Positions 1-7,275 of a DNA stretch of 31,897 bases are shown here, one piece after another (the first letter of the stretch is position 1; every line of letters starts with the position of its first letter). Position numbers and translations under genes: made by a program. A model generated the notes under the pieces. It ran no database searches and was not told the DNA's origin. It was given only the letters and a program-made list of their open reading frames with translations. This stretch comes from a virus. Taxonomy: Duplodnaviria > Heunggongvirae > Uroviricota > Caudoviricetes. The DNA is taken from positions 1-31,897 of the IMG/VR virus record IMGVR_UViG_2724679539_000006; one strand, written 5' to 3'.

Positions 1-192
1 TCAGGAGCATTTCTGATTAACGCCACCGTTAAGAATCCACCCTTCAACAGCTTCACGAAGGTATGATTTGGGGTGGGTTCTGACTGGCTTCGGAAATCCG
101 TGCCGTTTGGTATAGTTCCAGATTGTCTGACGTGATGAAACACCGAGCTTGTTCATCACTTCTTTCTCAGGAATCAGGCTGGTATCGGTCAT
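1..192 (-). CDS. xis: excisionase / AlpA-family DNA-binding protein (Xis-like)
   Basis: 63-aa ORF (LIPEKEVMNKLGVSSRQTIWNY...) resembling AlpA/Xis winged-helix proteins; GGAG about 8 nt upstream of ATG at 192; last gene of the leftward operon, integrase expected beyond the window edge. Confidence 0.6.
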   Translation of the reverse strand: MTDTSLIPEKEVMNKLGVSSRQTIWNYTKRHGFPKPVRTHPKSYLREAVEGWILNGGVNQKCS

Positions 193-204
193 CTTAATTC
201 TCCA

Positions 205-233
205 GGCAAAAATAAACCGCCATCAGGCGGCTT
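205..233 (-). terminator. putative intrinsic terminator just upstream of xis
   Basis: minus-strand RNA hairpin AAGCCGCC-UGAU-GGCGGUUU followed by AUUUUUGCC. Confidence 0.4.
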
Positions 234-477
234 GGTGTTCTTTCAGTTCTTCAATTCGAATATTGGTTACTTCTGCATGTGCTATCTGCGCCCACAGCAT
301 CCAGGGTCGTAGCAGTCGTTGATGTTCTCGGCTTCGATAACTCTGTTGAATGGTTCTCCATTCCATTCACCTGTGACTCGGAAGTGCATTTATCATCTCC
401 ATAAAACAAAACCCGCCGTAGCGAGTTCAGATAAAAGAAATCCCCGCGAGTGCGAGGATTGTTATGTAATATTTGGT

Positions 478-759
478 TTAATCATCTATATGTTTTGTAC
501 AGAGAGGGCAAGTATCGTTTCCACCGTACTCGTGATAATAATTTTGCACGGTATCAGTCATTTCTCGCACATTGCAGAATGGGGATTTGTCTTCATTAGA
601 CTTATAAACCTTCATGGAATATTTGTATGCCGACTCTATATCTATACCTTCATCTACATAAACACCTTCGTGATGTCTGCATGGAGACAAGACACCGGAT
701 CTGCACAACATTGATAACGCCCAATCTTTTTGCTCAGACTCTAACTCATTGATACTCAT
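478..759 (-). CDS. hypothetical Cys-rich small protein (93 aa)
   Basis: ATG at 759 preceded by AAGGAG at 8 nt spacing; two Cys pairs (C-x7-C and CPLC) suggest a zinc-ribbon-like fold; no family recognised. Confidence 0.5.
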   Translation of the reverse strand: MSINELESEQKDWALSMLCRSGVLSPCRHHEGVYVDEGIDIESAYKYSMKVYKSNEDKSPFCNVREMTDTVQNYYHEYGGNDTCPLCTKHIDD

Positions 760-961
760 TTATAAACTCCTTGCAATGTATGTCGTTTCAGCTAAACGGT
801 ATCAGCAATGTTTATGTAAAGAAACAGTAAGATAATACTCAACCCGATGTTTGAGTACGGTCATCATCTGACACTACAGACTCTGGCATCGCTGTGAAGA
901 CGACGCGAAATTCAGCATTTTCACAAGCGTTATCTTTTACAAACCCGTATTCCTGCTCATA

Positions 962-1654
962 TTACTCTCCTTTGATGCGAATGCCAGCAAGCCAGTTTCT
1001 TATGCCGATATATTCAGCGTTCCTGAAACCGCTTTTTACATATATAAATGGCAAGCGAAGATTGTGACCATTGACTGCCAGGTAATCTTTACAACCCTGT
1101 TCGGTGAAACAGCAGGTAACGAATTCATCAATATCTTTCACAGCAACGCGCCGCCATTTTTCTGGTGGCTCTCGAAAGTTTTCGTGAAGTAGTTCGAGAC
1201 GACGACTTTGGCGTTTATTGGCTTCATTGCCATCTTCATCAACCCAGACAATCCGGTCATAGTCATAATCAGCATCAACAACGATTTCGCGCTTTTGATA
1301 CACACAAAACATAGGGTCTGACGTTATTCGATTATCCTGTGTTCGAATATTTTCACCGATGATGCCAAACGAATCTGGTGCAGCTTTTTTCTCCAGCTCT
1401 GCAATGCGTTTGCTTTGAGCTTCCAGTTCATCAAGAAGCGCAAGCACGGTAGCCGGATTAGCCTTGGCAACAAAATCCCGGACTGGCTTACAATCAATCT
1501 CCGCAATGGGTTGATACGATGTGTAGCCATGCTGTCTTGTATAACTACCGTGACGAATAACGAAAAAATCACCATTTATTTTTTTAGCCTGCCACTTATC
1601 TTCACCGGCTTTCTCTGCCGCTTCACGCAGTGCCTGATAGTCAATCTTGTTCAT
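962..1654 (-). CDS. Ead/Ea22-like protein
   Basis: 230-aa ORF, N-terminus MNKIDYQALREAAEKA... and PATVLALLDELEAQ motif recalled from Ea22-like prophage proteins; ATG start. Confidence 0.55.
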   Translation of the reverse strand: MNKIDYQALREAAEKAGEDKWQAKKINGDFFVIRHGSYTRQHGYTSYQPIAEIDCKPVRDFVAKANPATVLALLDELEAQSKRIAELEKKAAPDSFGIIGENIRTQDNRITSDPMFCVYQKREIVVDADYDYDRIVWVDEDGNEANKRQSRRLELLHENFREPPEKWRRVAVKDIDEFVTCCFTEQGCKDYLAVNGHNLRLPFIYVKSGFRNAEYIGIRNWLAGIRIKGE

Positions 1655-1655
1655 G

Positions 1656-1955
1656 TCACATCACCCTGAAGCCGTTGCATTTACGTAAGAAATCGCAGAT
1701 ATAGCCCTTCATTTTTTCATGCCAATCTCGATCATTCCCATTGCACCACCCATCAGGTGGAGTCCAGTTTTCTATCAGAGCAGCCATTTTCTTTGCTTTC
1801 GCCGGAGTAGCTGTTGCGGTATCGCAGTAATGACGAGTGTCAACAAACTTATCCATGCCATCGATATCAAGTACGCAAAACCATGTGTGATTCGGAATTC
1901 CTACAGGTGGTATTTGTTGCCCACGTCGGCGTTTATCAATGAGATATACACTCAC
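1656..1955 (-). CDS. hypothetical protein (99 aa)
   Basis: ORF with GTG start overlapping the upstream stop (GTGA); same strand and tight packing with neighbours; no family recognised. Confidence 0.4.
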   Translation of the reverse strand: MSVYLIDKRRRGQQIPPVGIPNHTWFCVLDIDGMDKFVDTRHYCDTATATPAKAKKMAALIENWTPPDGWCNGNDRDWHEKMKGYICDFLRKCNGFRVM

Positions 1956-2401
1956 TGGTTACCTCCTTTGCGAAGCTCTGCGGCGAACTCGTTAAGTGAT
2001 ATGTAGCAATCTCCAAATGTTAACGAACCGCTCGACTGCATATGCTCCATAGCCATCTCCACGCCCTGCGCCCGTACTTCAGCCAGGAAAGCATCGGTGG
2101 CTGGGGTTTCAGTAACATCATCTTCCCATTCGCTAAACTCCTCACGACAAAAGTCATTAAATTCCTTCTCAGATTGCTTAAGCGAGGTATTTTCAGCAGC
2201 CATCTTCGCGCATTTAGCCTCAAGGTTATCAATCGTGATTCCAGCAGAACGACACTCCCGCAACGCCGTTTCTAGTTTTGATTCAAGTTCACCGAACTTA
2301 CGCACCAGATATTCAGCGTTTGTTTCGTTAACCTTTAAATCTCGGGGGATGCATTTACCTTTCAGAAAACCATCCATCTCAATTAGTGACATTTGTTTCA
2401 T
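1952..2401 (-). CDS. hypothetical acidic coiled-coil protein
   Basis: ORF 1952..2419 in track; ATG at 2401 forms an ATGA overlap with the stop of the upstream small ORF, so the start is taken at 2401 ([12 protein letters not shown]...). Confidence 0.5.
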   Translation of the reverse strand: MKQMSLIEMDGFLKGKCIPRDLKVNETNAEYLVRKFGELESKLETALRECRSAGITIDNLEAKCAKMAAENTSLKQSEKEFNDFCREEFSEWEDDVTETPATDAFLAEVRAQGVEMAMEHMQSSGSLTFGDCYISLNEFAAELRKGGNQ

Positions 2402-2562
2402 TTCTTCCCACTCCGCCACATTGCATTCAGATATTTGTTGTCATTAACAGAGCCGAAACTATTTCTCTTAAGCAATTCCTCTCTCGATGGCATTGGCTTT
2501 ACGCGTTGGCGAATAATCATTTCTGCTGGAAGAATGCCGGGATTGTATGCAAGTCCTCTCAT
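2398..2562 (-). CDS. small hypothetical protein (54 aa, [15 protein letters not shown]...)
   Basis: not in the ORF track as a separate gene (part of ORF 2398..2715); ATG at 2562 preceded by GAGGAA at 6 nt; stop overlaps the downstream ATG (ATGA). Confidence 0.35.
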   Translation of the reverse strand: MRGLAYNPGILPAEMIIRQRVKPMPSREELLKRNSFGSVNDNKYLNAMWRSGKK

Positions 2563-2572
2563 GGTAAATTCC

Positions 2573-2869
2573 TCAGTCATTACTGATAGCGCCATAACGT
2601 GATCGGTAATTACGCAGGCGCGGGTCGATATATTCAGGGAAGTGGGTATATGTGGCTTTGCGGAATGGTCGGATTGATGTCTGGTAAATTCGCTCGCGCT
2701 CTTCTTTCTCTGCAAGCCATATACAATGGCGAAATTCCTTTTCCTCTTTCGTTTCCTGCGGTAGAGACATTATCCGGTCGTAGTTTTTCCTGAATTTATC
2801 CAGCACCTCCGATACGGAATTGCCGGAACAGCGGCGCGGGTCATCCGCACCATACTGAGGCGCTGGCAT
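2573..2869 (-). CDS. hypothetical protein (99 aa), position of anti-RecBCD Abc genes in P22-like early operons
   Basis: internal ATG at 2869 with AGGA at 8 nt (track ORF 2573..2989 extends further 5'); directly downstream of erf-ssb; no sequence-level family assignment. Confidence 0.5.
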   Translation of the reverse strand: MPAPQYGADDPRRCSGNSVSEVLDKFRKNYDRIMSLPQETKEEKEFRHCIWLAEKEERERIYQTSIRPFRKATYTHFPEYIDPRLRNYRSRYGAISND

Positions 2870-2891
2870 AATGGAATCCTTATTTGCTAAT

Positions 2892-3275
2892 TTAGAAGGG
2901 AATTGAATCGTCGTATTCAGGATGATTTTGATGATTGCTACTTTGTTGCTGTTGGCTGTTTCCTGAAGTTGCAAATCCAATCTTTGCATTCAGTAATTCA
3001 AGAGTGATTGATTGACCATTTTGCCCCTGATAAACATCAACCCTGATGTTTTCTCCGGTAATTTCCACAATGCCACCTTCAACCAGAACGCTACGATAGT
3101 AATCCGCTTGCGCTCCCGGCTTGGCAAATACAACGGCGCTGTAGTTTGTCCATTCTTTCTTTTTTGTCTGGCGATCGTAATACTGAACGCCAGCACGGAT
3201 GTTGAATCCGATATTTTCCCCGGCCTGAAACTCTCTTGCGGGTTTGTTTAGTCTTACAGTAATCGAATGTGCCAT
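2892..3275 (-). CDS. ssb: single-stranded DNA-binding protein (SSB family)
   Basis: OB-fold-like sequence ending in the SSB acidic tail motif DDSIPF; ATG at 3275 overlaps the erf stop (TAATG), implying translational coupling. Confidence 0.7.
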   Translation of the reverse strand: MAHSITVRLNKPAREFQAGENIGFNIRAGVQYYDRQTKKKEWTNYSAVVFAKPGAQADYYRSVLVEGGIVEITGENIRVDVYQGQNGQSITLELLNAKIGFATSGNSQQQQSSNHQNHPEYDDSIPF

Positions 3276-3880
3276 TAAGCAGCCGCTCCTTCTAATTCGT
3301 CTCGTCTGATGTTGTAAACGTCCTGCGCTTTGTGCTGCTCCGGTGTGCCTTCGAGCATCTTCCACGCTTTGGCGAACGCCTGTTTAAGCTCTTCTACGGT
3401 GTTTTTCTGCATTGCTGCGTCAGTGAATGCTTTTAGAACCTGTTCAGGTGTAGGTGATGGTTTTGATTGCTTTGCTGCTGCGTTCTGCTGATGTTTATGC
3501 TCGTCTGTATCTGCATCTTTCGCATCATCAATGCCGAACAAACCATTGAGGCAATACTTGCGTGCATAAGAGCTTGTAGCTCCTGTAACTTGTGCAGAAT
3601 CCATTCCTTTCTTGCTTTCTTCCTCTCGTGCAAGAGCGGTTGCCGTATGACTGTTTTCGCCATCGGTAATAGTTGCCGTGGCTTTCACGTAATACCGATC
3701 ACCAATCAACACAACTTCATCGCTGATTGATAAAAACAGGCCATTCAGTAACGGCTTAACGCCTTCAAGAATGTCTTCGCAGCTTCTGTATTTATATTTA
3801 CCGAATGAGTTGTACTGATTCTTTGGCGCGTTCAGATTCTCCTGAATAGCTGCCAGTCTTGCGTAAAATTCTTTGCTCAT
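3275..3880 (-). CDS. erf: Erf single-strand annealing recombinase
   Basis: MSKEFYARLAAIQENLNAPKNQYNSFGKYKYRSCEDILEG... matches P22 Erf as recalled; ATG start at 3880 (track start is an upstream TTG). Confidence 0.8.
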   Translation of the reverse strand: MSKEFYARLAAIQENLNAPKNQYNSFGKYKYRSCEDILEGVKPLLNGLFLSISDEVVLIGDRYYVKATATITDGENSHTATALAREEESKKGMDSAQVTGATSSYARKYCLNGLFGIDDAKDADTDEHKHQQNAAAKQSKPSPTPEQVLKAFTDAAMQKNTVEELKQAFAKAWKMLEGTPEQHKAQDVYNIRRDELEGAAA

Positions 3881-3969
3881 ATGTTTGTTCTCAGAATGGA
3901 CATGGCCCAAGGAAATAACGCTGATTTAATACTTCAGTCTTTGCCGCATTTAAAAATACGCGAACACCT

Positions 3970-4140
3970 TCACGATCTCCCTTCTGGCGATACATTAACG
4001 CCTGCTGCGTGTACATGCGTCTCTGTAACTTGCTCTCCTTCACTGTGGTTGCAAGTGACATGAATATCTCCTTCGTTACCGATTAATTCTTTCATCTGAC
4101 GAATGAATTCTTCGTCTGACCAGTTATCTGTAAAACTCAT
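3970..4140 (-). CDS. hypothetical small protein (56 aa) at the kil position
   Basis: ATG at 4140 forms an ATGA overlap with the cIII stop; identity as Kil not verifiable from sequence. Confidence 0.4.
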   Translation of the reverse strand: MSFTDNWSDEEFIRQMKELIGNEGDIHVTCNHSEGEQVTETHVHAAGVNVSPEGRS

Positions 4141-4307
4141 GGGCGGCCTTGTTGTTTCAAAATATCCCAAAGCTTTTCGAGCAAACTTTTCATTCTTGGT
4201 TGTTTAAAGTCCGCTCCGGTTAAAATATTTTTTCGTGAATGCTGTACCGATAAAATCGGGTTGAAAGGGCGAACCGATGCCGCCCCTGCAATAGCGAACT
4301 GTTGCAT
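4137..4307 (-). CDS. cIII: CIII regulator (FtsH inhibitor)
   Basis: MQQFAIAGAAS...KSLLEKLWDILKQQGRP resembles lambda CIII (MQYAIAG...SLLERI...LIDILNQPG); AAGGAG RBS before ATG at 4307. Confidence 0.7.
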   Translation of the reverse strand: MQQFAIAGAASVRPFNPILSVQHSRKNILTGADFKQPRMKSLLEKLWDILKQQGRP

Positions 4308-4371
4308 AGGATGCTCCTTCTGTTTGATTGCATAACGAAAACGCCTCGAGTGAAGCGTTATTGGTATGCAT

Positions 4372-4397
4372 ATAAAAAAGCCCTCACATTGGAGGGC
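4372..4397 (-). terminator. putative intrinsic terminator upstream of cIII
   Basis: stem GCCCTC/GAGGGC with 6-nt loop, followed on the minus strand by a U6 run. Confidence 0.4.
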
Positions 4398-4492
4398 AAA
4401 GAAGATTTCCAATAATCAGAACAAGTCGGCTCCTGTTTAGTTACGAGCGACATTGCTCCGTGTATTCACTCGTTGGAATGAATACACAGTGC

Positions 4493-4693
4493 TTATTCGC
4501 GAGCTTTGAGCATTGCGTCTGCAAACTTATATGCAGCGCTTGCTGCATAATTAACAGCTCCATCAGAATCATTATCGATAATCGATGGATTGCTAATCAT
4601 TGCTTGCATAGCCTTTGCCGCGAAGTAATCACGTAATGTCGCATCACTTGCCATTTCTGGGCGTTTGATATCTGCTTCATAAAACTCGCACAT
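4493..4693 (-). CDS. hypothetical protein (66 aa)
   Basis: ATG at 4693 overlaps the upstream stop (ATGA); followed by a 9-bp inverted repeat at 4460-4487. Confidence 0.45.
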   Translation of the reverse strand: MCEFYEADIKRPEMASDATLRDYFAAKAMQAMISNPSIIDNDSDGAVNYAASAAYKFADAMLKARE

Positions 4694-4989
4694 CACTCAC
4701 CTACCAGAGCCTTGCTGATTGCTGCAAGACCTTTATTAACAGCTCCATACCATTCTGGATATGTTGTCGTTGTTCTATTTTTGGATTGCTTAAGTAATAA
4801 CTGAAGTGCTTCGAGAAGGTCAGGTGCTGCCGCTATTAGATTGGCATCTTCAATGCATTGAACTTCCTCACAGATTGCAATATACGAACGCCAGCCTGCG
4901 CCATTTTCAAGAGAGTCTGCCTGGATGATTTTAATATCATCGCCATCCATCATTATTTCCCACTTACCTTCAGTACCTTTAAATCCCAT
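4693..4989 (-). CDS. hypothetical protein (98 aa)
   Basis: ATG at 4989 with GAGG at 6 nt; coupled to the downstream gene. Confidence 0.5.
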   Translation of the reverse strand: MGFKGTEGKWEIMMDGDDIKIIQADSLENGAGWRSYIAICEEVQCIEDANLIAAAPDLLEALQLLLKQSKNRTTTTYPEWYGAVNKGLAAISKALVGE

Positions 4990-5007
4990 GTTAGCCTCTG
5001 TTGTTTA

Positions 5008-5040
5008 TGCCAAAAATAAAGGCCACCATCAGGCAGCCTT
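5008..5040 (-). terminator. putative intrinsic terminator after ral
   Basis: minus-strand hairpin AAGGCUGCC-UGAU-GGUGGCCUU (two G-U pairs) followed by UAUUUUUGG; close sequence relative of the element at 205-233. Confidence 0.4.
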
Positions 5041-5229
5041 GTTGTTCTGTTTACCAATTTCTCTGGCAATCATTGCCGTCGTTCGTATTGCCCATTTATC
5101 GACATATTTCCCATCTTCCATCACAGGAAACATTTCTTCAGGCTTAACCATGCATTCCGATTGCAGCTTGCATCCATTGCATCGTTTGAATTGTCCACAC
5201 CATTGATTCTTATCAATAGTCGTAGTCAT
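5029..5229 (-). CDS. ral: Ral restriction-alleviation protein
   Basis: 66 aa, MTTTIDKNQWCGQFKRCNGCKLQSECMVKPEEMFPVMEDGKYVDKW... matches lambda Ral as recalled. Confidence 0.7.
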   Translation of the reverse strand: MTTTIDKNQWCGQFKRCNGCKLQSECMVKPEEMFPVMEDGKYVDKWAIRTTAMIAREIGKQNNKAA

Positions 5230-5299
5230 ACGGATAGTCCTGGTATTGTTCCATCACATCCTGCGGATGCTCTTCGAACTCTTCAAATTCTTCTTCCAT
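5213..5299 (-). CDS. small acidic peptide (28 aa, MEEEFEEFEEHPQDVMEQYQDYPYDYDY), at the position of lambda orf28
   Basis: not in ORF track (too short); GAGGTG RBS 5 nt upstream of ATG at 5299; 3' end overlaps the ral start. Confidence 0.3.
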   Translation of the reverse strand: MEEEFEEFEEHPQDVMEQYQDYPYDYDY

Positions 5300-5307
5300 A
5301 TCTCACC

Positions 5308-5472
5308 TCAAATAAGTGGTTTGCCGCGAAAATAAATACGTTCCCACCAAGTTCCGTATCTATCTATCCAGTTACACCAATCATCGACACTCCATTTTGT
5401 TGTGTCGCATTTTGGCAATTGGCATGAATATCTACCTTCTTTGTAAAGTCGGCGTTTGATTTTCTTGAGCAT
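5308..5472 (-). CDS. small Cys/Trp-rich protein (54 aa, MLKKIKRRLYKEGRYSCQLPKCD...)
   Basis: not in ORF track; ATG at 5472 lies 8 nt downstream of the N stop and is preceded by GAGGTGG. Confidence 0.3.
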   Translation of the reverse strand: MLKKIKRRLYKEGRYSCQLPKCDTTKWSVDDWCNWIDRYGTWWERIYFRGKPLI

Positions 5473-5479
5473 GACCACC

Positions 5480-5812
5480 TCAATAGTAATAAGCTGGAAT
5501 TGATTTTCCGCGTTGCTTCTGGCGGCCTGAGCAGGTCACACCCATTTCACTGCGTGGCTTGCTGTACCATGTGCGCTGATTCTTGCGCTCAATACGTTGC
5601 AGGTTGCTTTCAATCTGTTCGTGGTATTCAGCCAGCACTGTAAGGTCTATTGGATTCAGTGCGCTTTCTACTCGTGATTTCGGTTTGCGATTCAGCGAGA
5701 GAATAGGGCGGTTAACTGGTTTTGCGCTTACCCCAACCAACAGGGGATTTGCTGCTTTCCATTGAGCCTGTTTCTCTGCGCGACGTTCGCGGCGGCGTGC
5801 TTGTGCATCCAT
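5480..5812 (-). CDS. N: N transcription antiterminator
   Basis: MDAQARRRERRAEKQAQWKAANPLLVGVSAKPVNRPILSLNRKPKSRVESALNPIDLTVLAEY... matches lambda N, including the Arg-rich motif; AGGAG RBS before ATG at 5812. Confidence 0.85.
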   Translation of the reverse strand: MDAQARRRERRAEKQAQWKAANPLLVGVSAKPVNRPILSLNRKPKSRVESALNPIDLTVLAEYHEQIESNLQRIERKNQRTWYSKPRSEMGVTCSGRQKQRGKSIPAYYY

Positions 5813-5922
5813 CTGGATTCTCCTGTCAGTTAGCTTTGAGTAACGCGCCGTGATGCTTATCTCCACGGTTGCTGTCTTGCAGCTGCATTTCGCGCTACTC
5901 AAAGCCTTCTGCTTTGAATGCT

Positions 5923-5952
5923 GCCCTTCTTCAGGGCTTAATTTTTAAGAGC
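5923..5952 (-). promoter_or_regulatory. nutL (boxA GCTCTTAA + boxB GCCCTGAAGAAGGGC)
   Basis: minus-strand sequence GGCTCTTAAAAATTAAGCCCTGAAGAAGGGCAGC matches lambda nutL with one boxA mismatch. Confidence 0.75.
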
Positions 5953-5985
5953 CTCACCTTCATGGTGGTTAGTGCGTCCTGCTGA

Positions 5986-6021
5986 TGGCTAAATAGTACG
6001 ATTTGTACTTTATCGAGTCAA
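5986..6021 (-). promoter_or_regulatory. PL-like promoter with overlapping operator dyad
   Basis: minus-strand -35 TTGACT (6016-6021), 17-bp spacer, -10 TACTAT (5993-5998), leader starting ATCAGCAGGACG as in lambda PL; dyad AGTAC-N5-GTACT (5995-6009) overlaps the -10. Confidence 0.5.
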
Positions 6022-6082
6022 TACAAAATGTTCTAAACATAATTAGTTTTTTATAACGCTTTGTATTTAATGGGTTTATATT

Positions 6083-6116
6083 TTGGAAAAAGAAAACCCG
6101 ACGCTAAGGTCGGGTT
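6083..6116 (-). terminator. intrinsic terminator downstream of the repressor gene
   Basis: 8-bp stem AACCCGAC/GTCGGGTT with 6-nt loop; minus-strand RNA is followed by UUUUCUUUUUCC; weaker U-rich tract on the plus side as well. Confidence 0.5.
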
Positions 6117-6146
6117 ATTGTTGTGTGTTTTAGAGTTGTGAGGCTG

Positions 6147-6806
6147 TTAGCTAAATGTCTCTTCAGGCCACTGGCTGGCGATAACTTTCCCTACTACGGA
6201 ACAGCTATCATTGCATGGAATCATTGGATATTGCGGGTTTAGTGGCTGTAGGAACACCTGACCGCTATCCCTGATCAGTTTCTTGAAGGTAAACTCGTCA
6301 CCACCAAGTCTGGCTATGCAGAAATCACCTGGCTCAACAGCCTGCTCAGGGTCAACGAGAATTAACATCCCGTCAGGAAAGCTTGGCTTGGATCCTGTTG
6401 GCGCGGTCATGGAATTACCTTCAACTTCAAGCCAGAACGCACAATCACTGGCTTTTTTGGTTGTGCTGACCCATCTCTCCGCATCACCTTTGGTAAAGGT
6501 TCTAAGCTCAGGCGAGAACATCCCGGCCTGAACATGAGAAAAAACAGGGTACTCATATTGTTTTTTAACGGGGGCAGATGAGTATTCGCCAACAGGTGAA
6601 AATGTACCGTCGTGGTTGAATGAGACGTTATCAATACCAAGGTATTTAAACACCACACCAATCTCGTCAAGAGATGGATGACGAGATCCGCGCAACCAGT
6701 GACCAATTCCACCCTGCGTCATACCAAGCTCTTCAGCTAACTTCTCTTGAGTTATGCCGAGCTCTTTCATTCTGGATCTAGCCAGTTCATACCATTTCAT
6801 TTTCAT
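6147..6806 (-). CDS. cI: CI-type prophage repressor (XRE HTH + S24 LexA-like peptidase domain)
   Basis: N-terminal HTH ([22 protein letters not shown]); C-terminal GNSM...FKKL Ser/Lys dyad region resembling P22 C2; start could be ATG 6806 or 6800. Confidence 0.85.
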   Translation of the reverse strand: MKMKWYELARSRMKELGITQEKLAEELGMTQGGIGHWLRGSRHPSLDEIGVVFKYLGIDNVSFNHDGTFSPVGEYSSAPVKKQYEYPVFSHVQAGMFSPELRTFTKGDAERWVSTTKKASDCAFWLEVEGNSMTAPTGSKPSFPDGMLILVDPEQAVEPGDFCIARLGGDEFTFKKLIRDSGQVFLQPLNPQYPMIPCNDSCSVVGKVIASQWPEETFS

Positions 6807-6862
6807 ACCCTTATTATTACGCTCTGTACTAAAACCATCCATGCACAAGATGTATTTTTTGT

Positions 6863-6891
6863 TTGCATTCTAAAAGTACATATCGTATTAT
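6863..6891 (+). promoter_or_regulatory. PR-like promoter with overlapping operator dyad
   Basis: -35 TTGCAT (6863-6868), 17-bp spacer, -10 TATTAT (6886-6891); dyad AGTAC-N5-GTATT (6875-6889) overlaps spacer and -10. Confidence 0.45.
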
Positions 6892-6917
6892 TATTTCATG
6901 GTTACTATGGAGGGCAT

Positions 6918-7133
6918 ATGAGCAACCTACGAAAATATCGAGAGTCACTGAATATCTCTCAAACAACACTTGCTAAGGCAGTTGGATGCACACAGGGAGC
7001 TATCGGACATTGGGAATCTGGTCGTCGCTTCCCAGACCTTAAAACATGCCGTGCTCTTGTTGAGTGCCTAAACAAGTTAGGCGCAAAAGTCAGTCTTGAT
7101 GACGTGTTCCCGCCGGAACACAAAGCCGCTTAA
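6918..7133 (+). CDS. cro: Cro-like HTH repressor (71 aa)
   Basis: MSNLRKYRESLNISQTTLAKAVGCTQGAIGHWESG... XRE-type HTH; GGAGGG RBS; divergent from the repressor gene. Confidence 0.65.
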   Translation: MSNLRKYRESLNISQTTLAKAVGCTQGAIGHWESGRRFPDLKTCRALVECLNKLGAKVSLDDVFPPEHKAA

Positions 7134-7141
7134 GACATTCC

Positions 7142-7173
7142 CGCTCTTACACATCCCAGCCCTGAAAAAGGGC
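7142..7173 (+). promoter_or_regulatory. nutR (boxA CGCTCTTA + boxB GCCCTGAAAAAGGGC)
   Basis: matches lambda nutR; followed by the lambda-like tR1/cII leader. Confidence 0.8.
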
Positions 7174-7234
7174 ATCAAATTAAACCACACCTATGGTGTA
7201 TGCATTTATTTGCATACATTCAATCAATTGTTAT

Positions 7235-7275
7235 CTAAGGAAATACTTACATATGGTTCGTGCAAACAAACGCAA
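7235..7275 (-). promoter_or_regulatory. PRE (CII-activated promoter) with TTGC-N6-TTGC CII site
   Basis: minus-strand TTGCGTTTGTTTGC spanning the cII start codon region, as in lambda. Confidence 0.55.

Noticed and set aside
223-366. 47-codon minus-strand ORF between the 93-aa gene and xis
   Set aside because: SD-like AGGTGA abuts the ATG with essentially no spacer and the stop falls in the terminator loop; too weak to call
319-714. 131-aa plus-strand ORF
   Set aside because: Low-complexity, no RBS, antisense to the better-supported minus-strand gene 478..759 inside a leftward operon
2398-2715. 105-aa ORF as drawn in the track
   Set aside because: Its 5' two-thirds overlap the 2573..2869 gene in another frame; only the 3' 54 codons are kept, as a separate small gene
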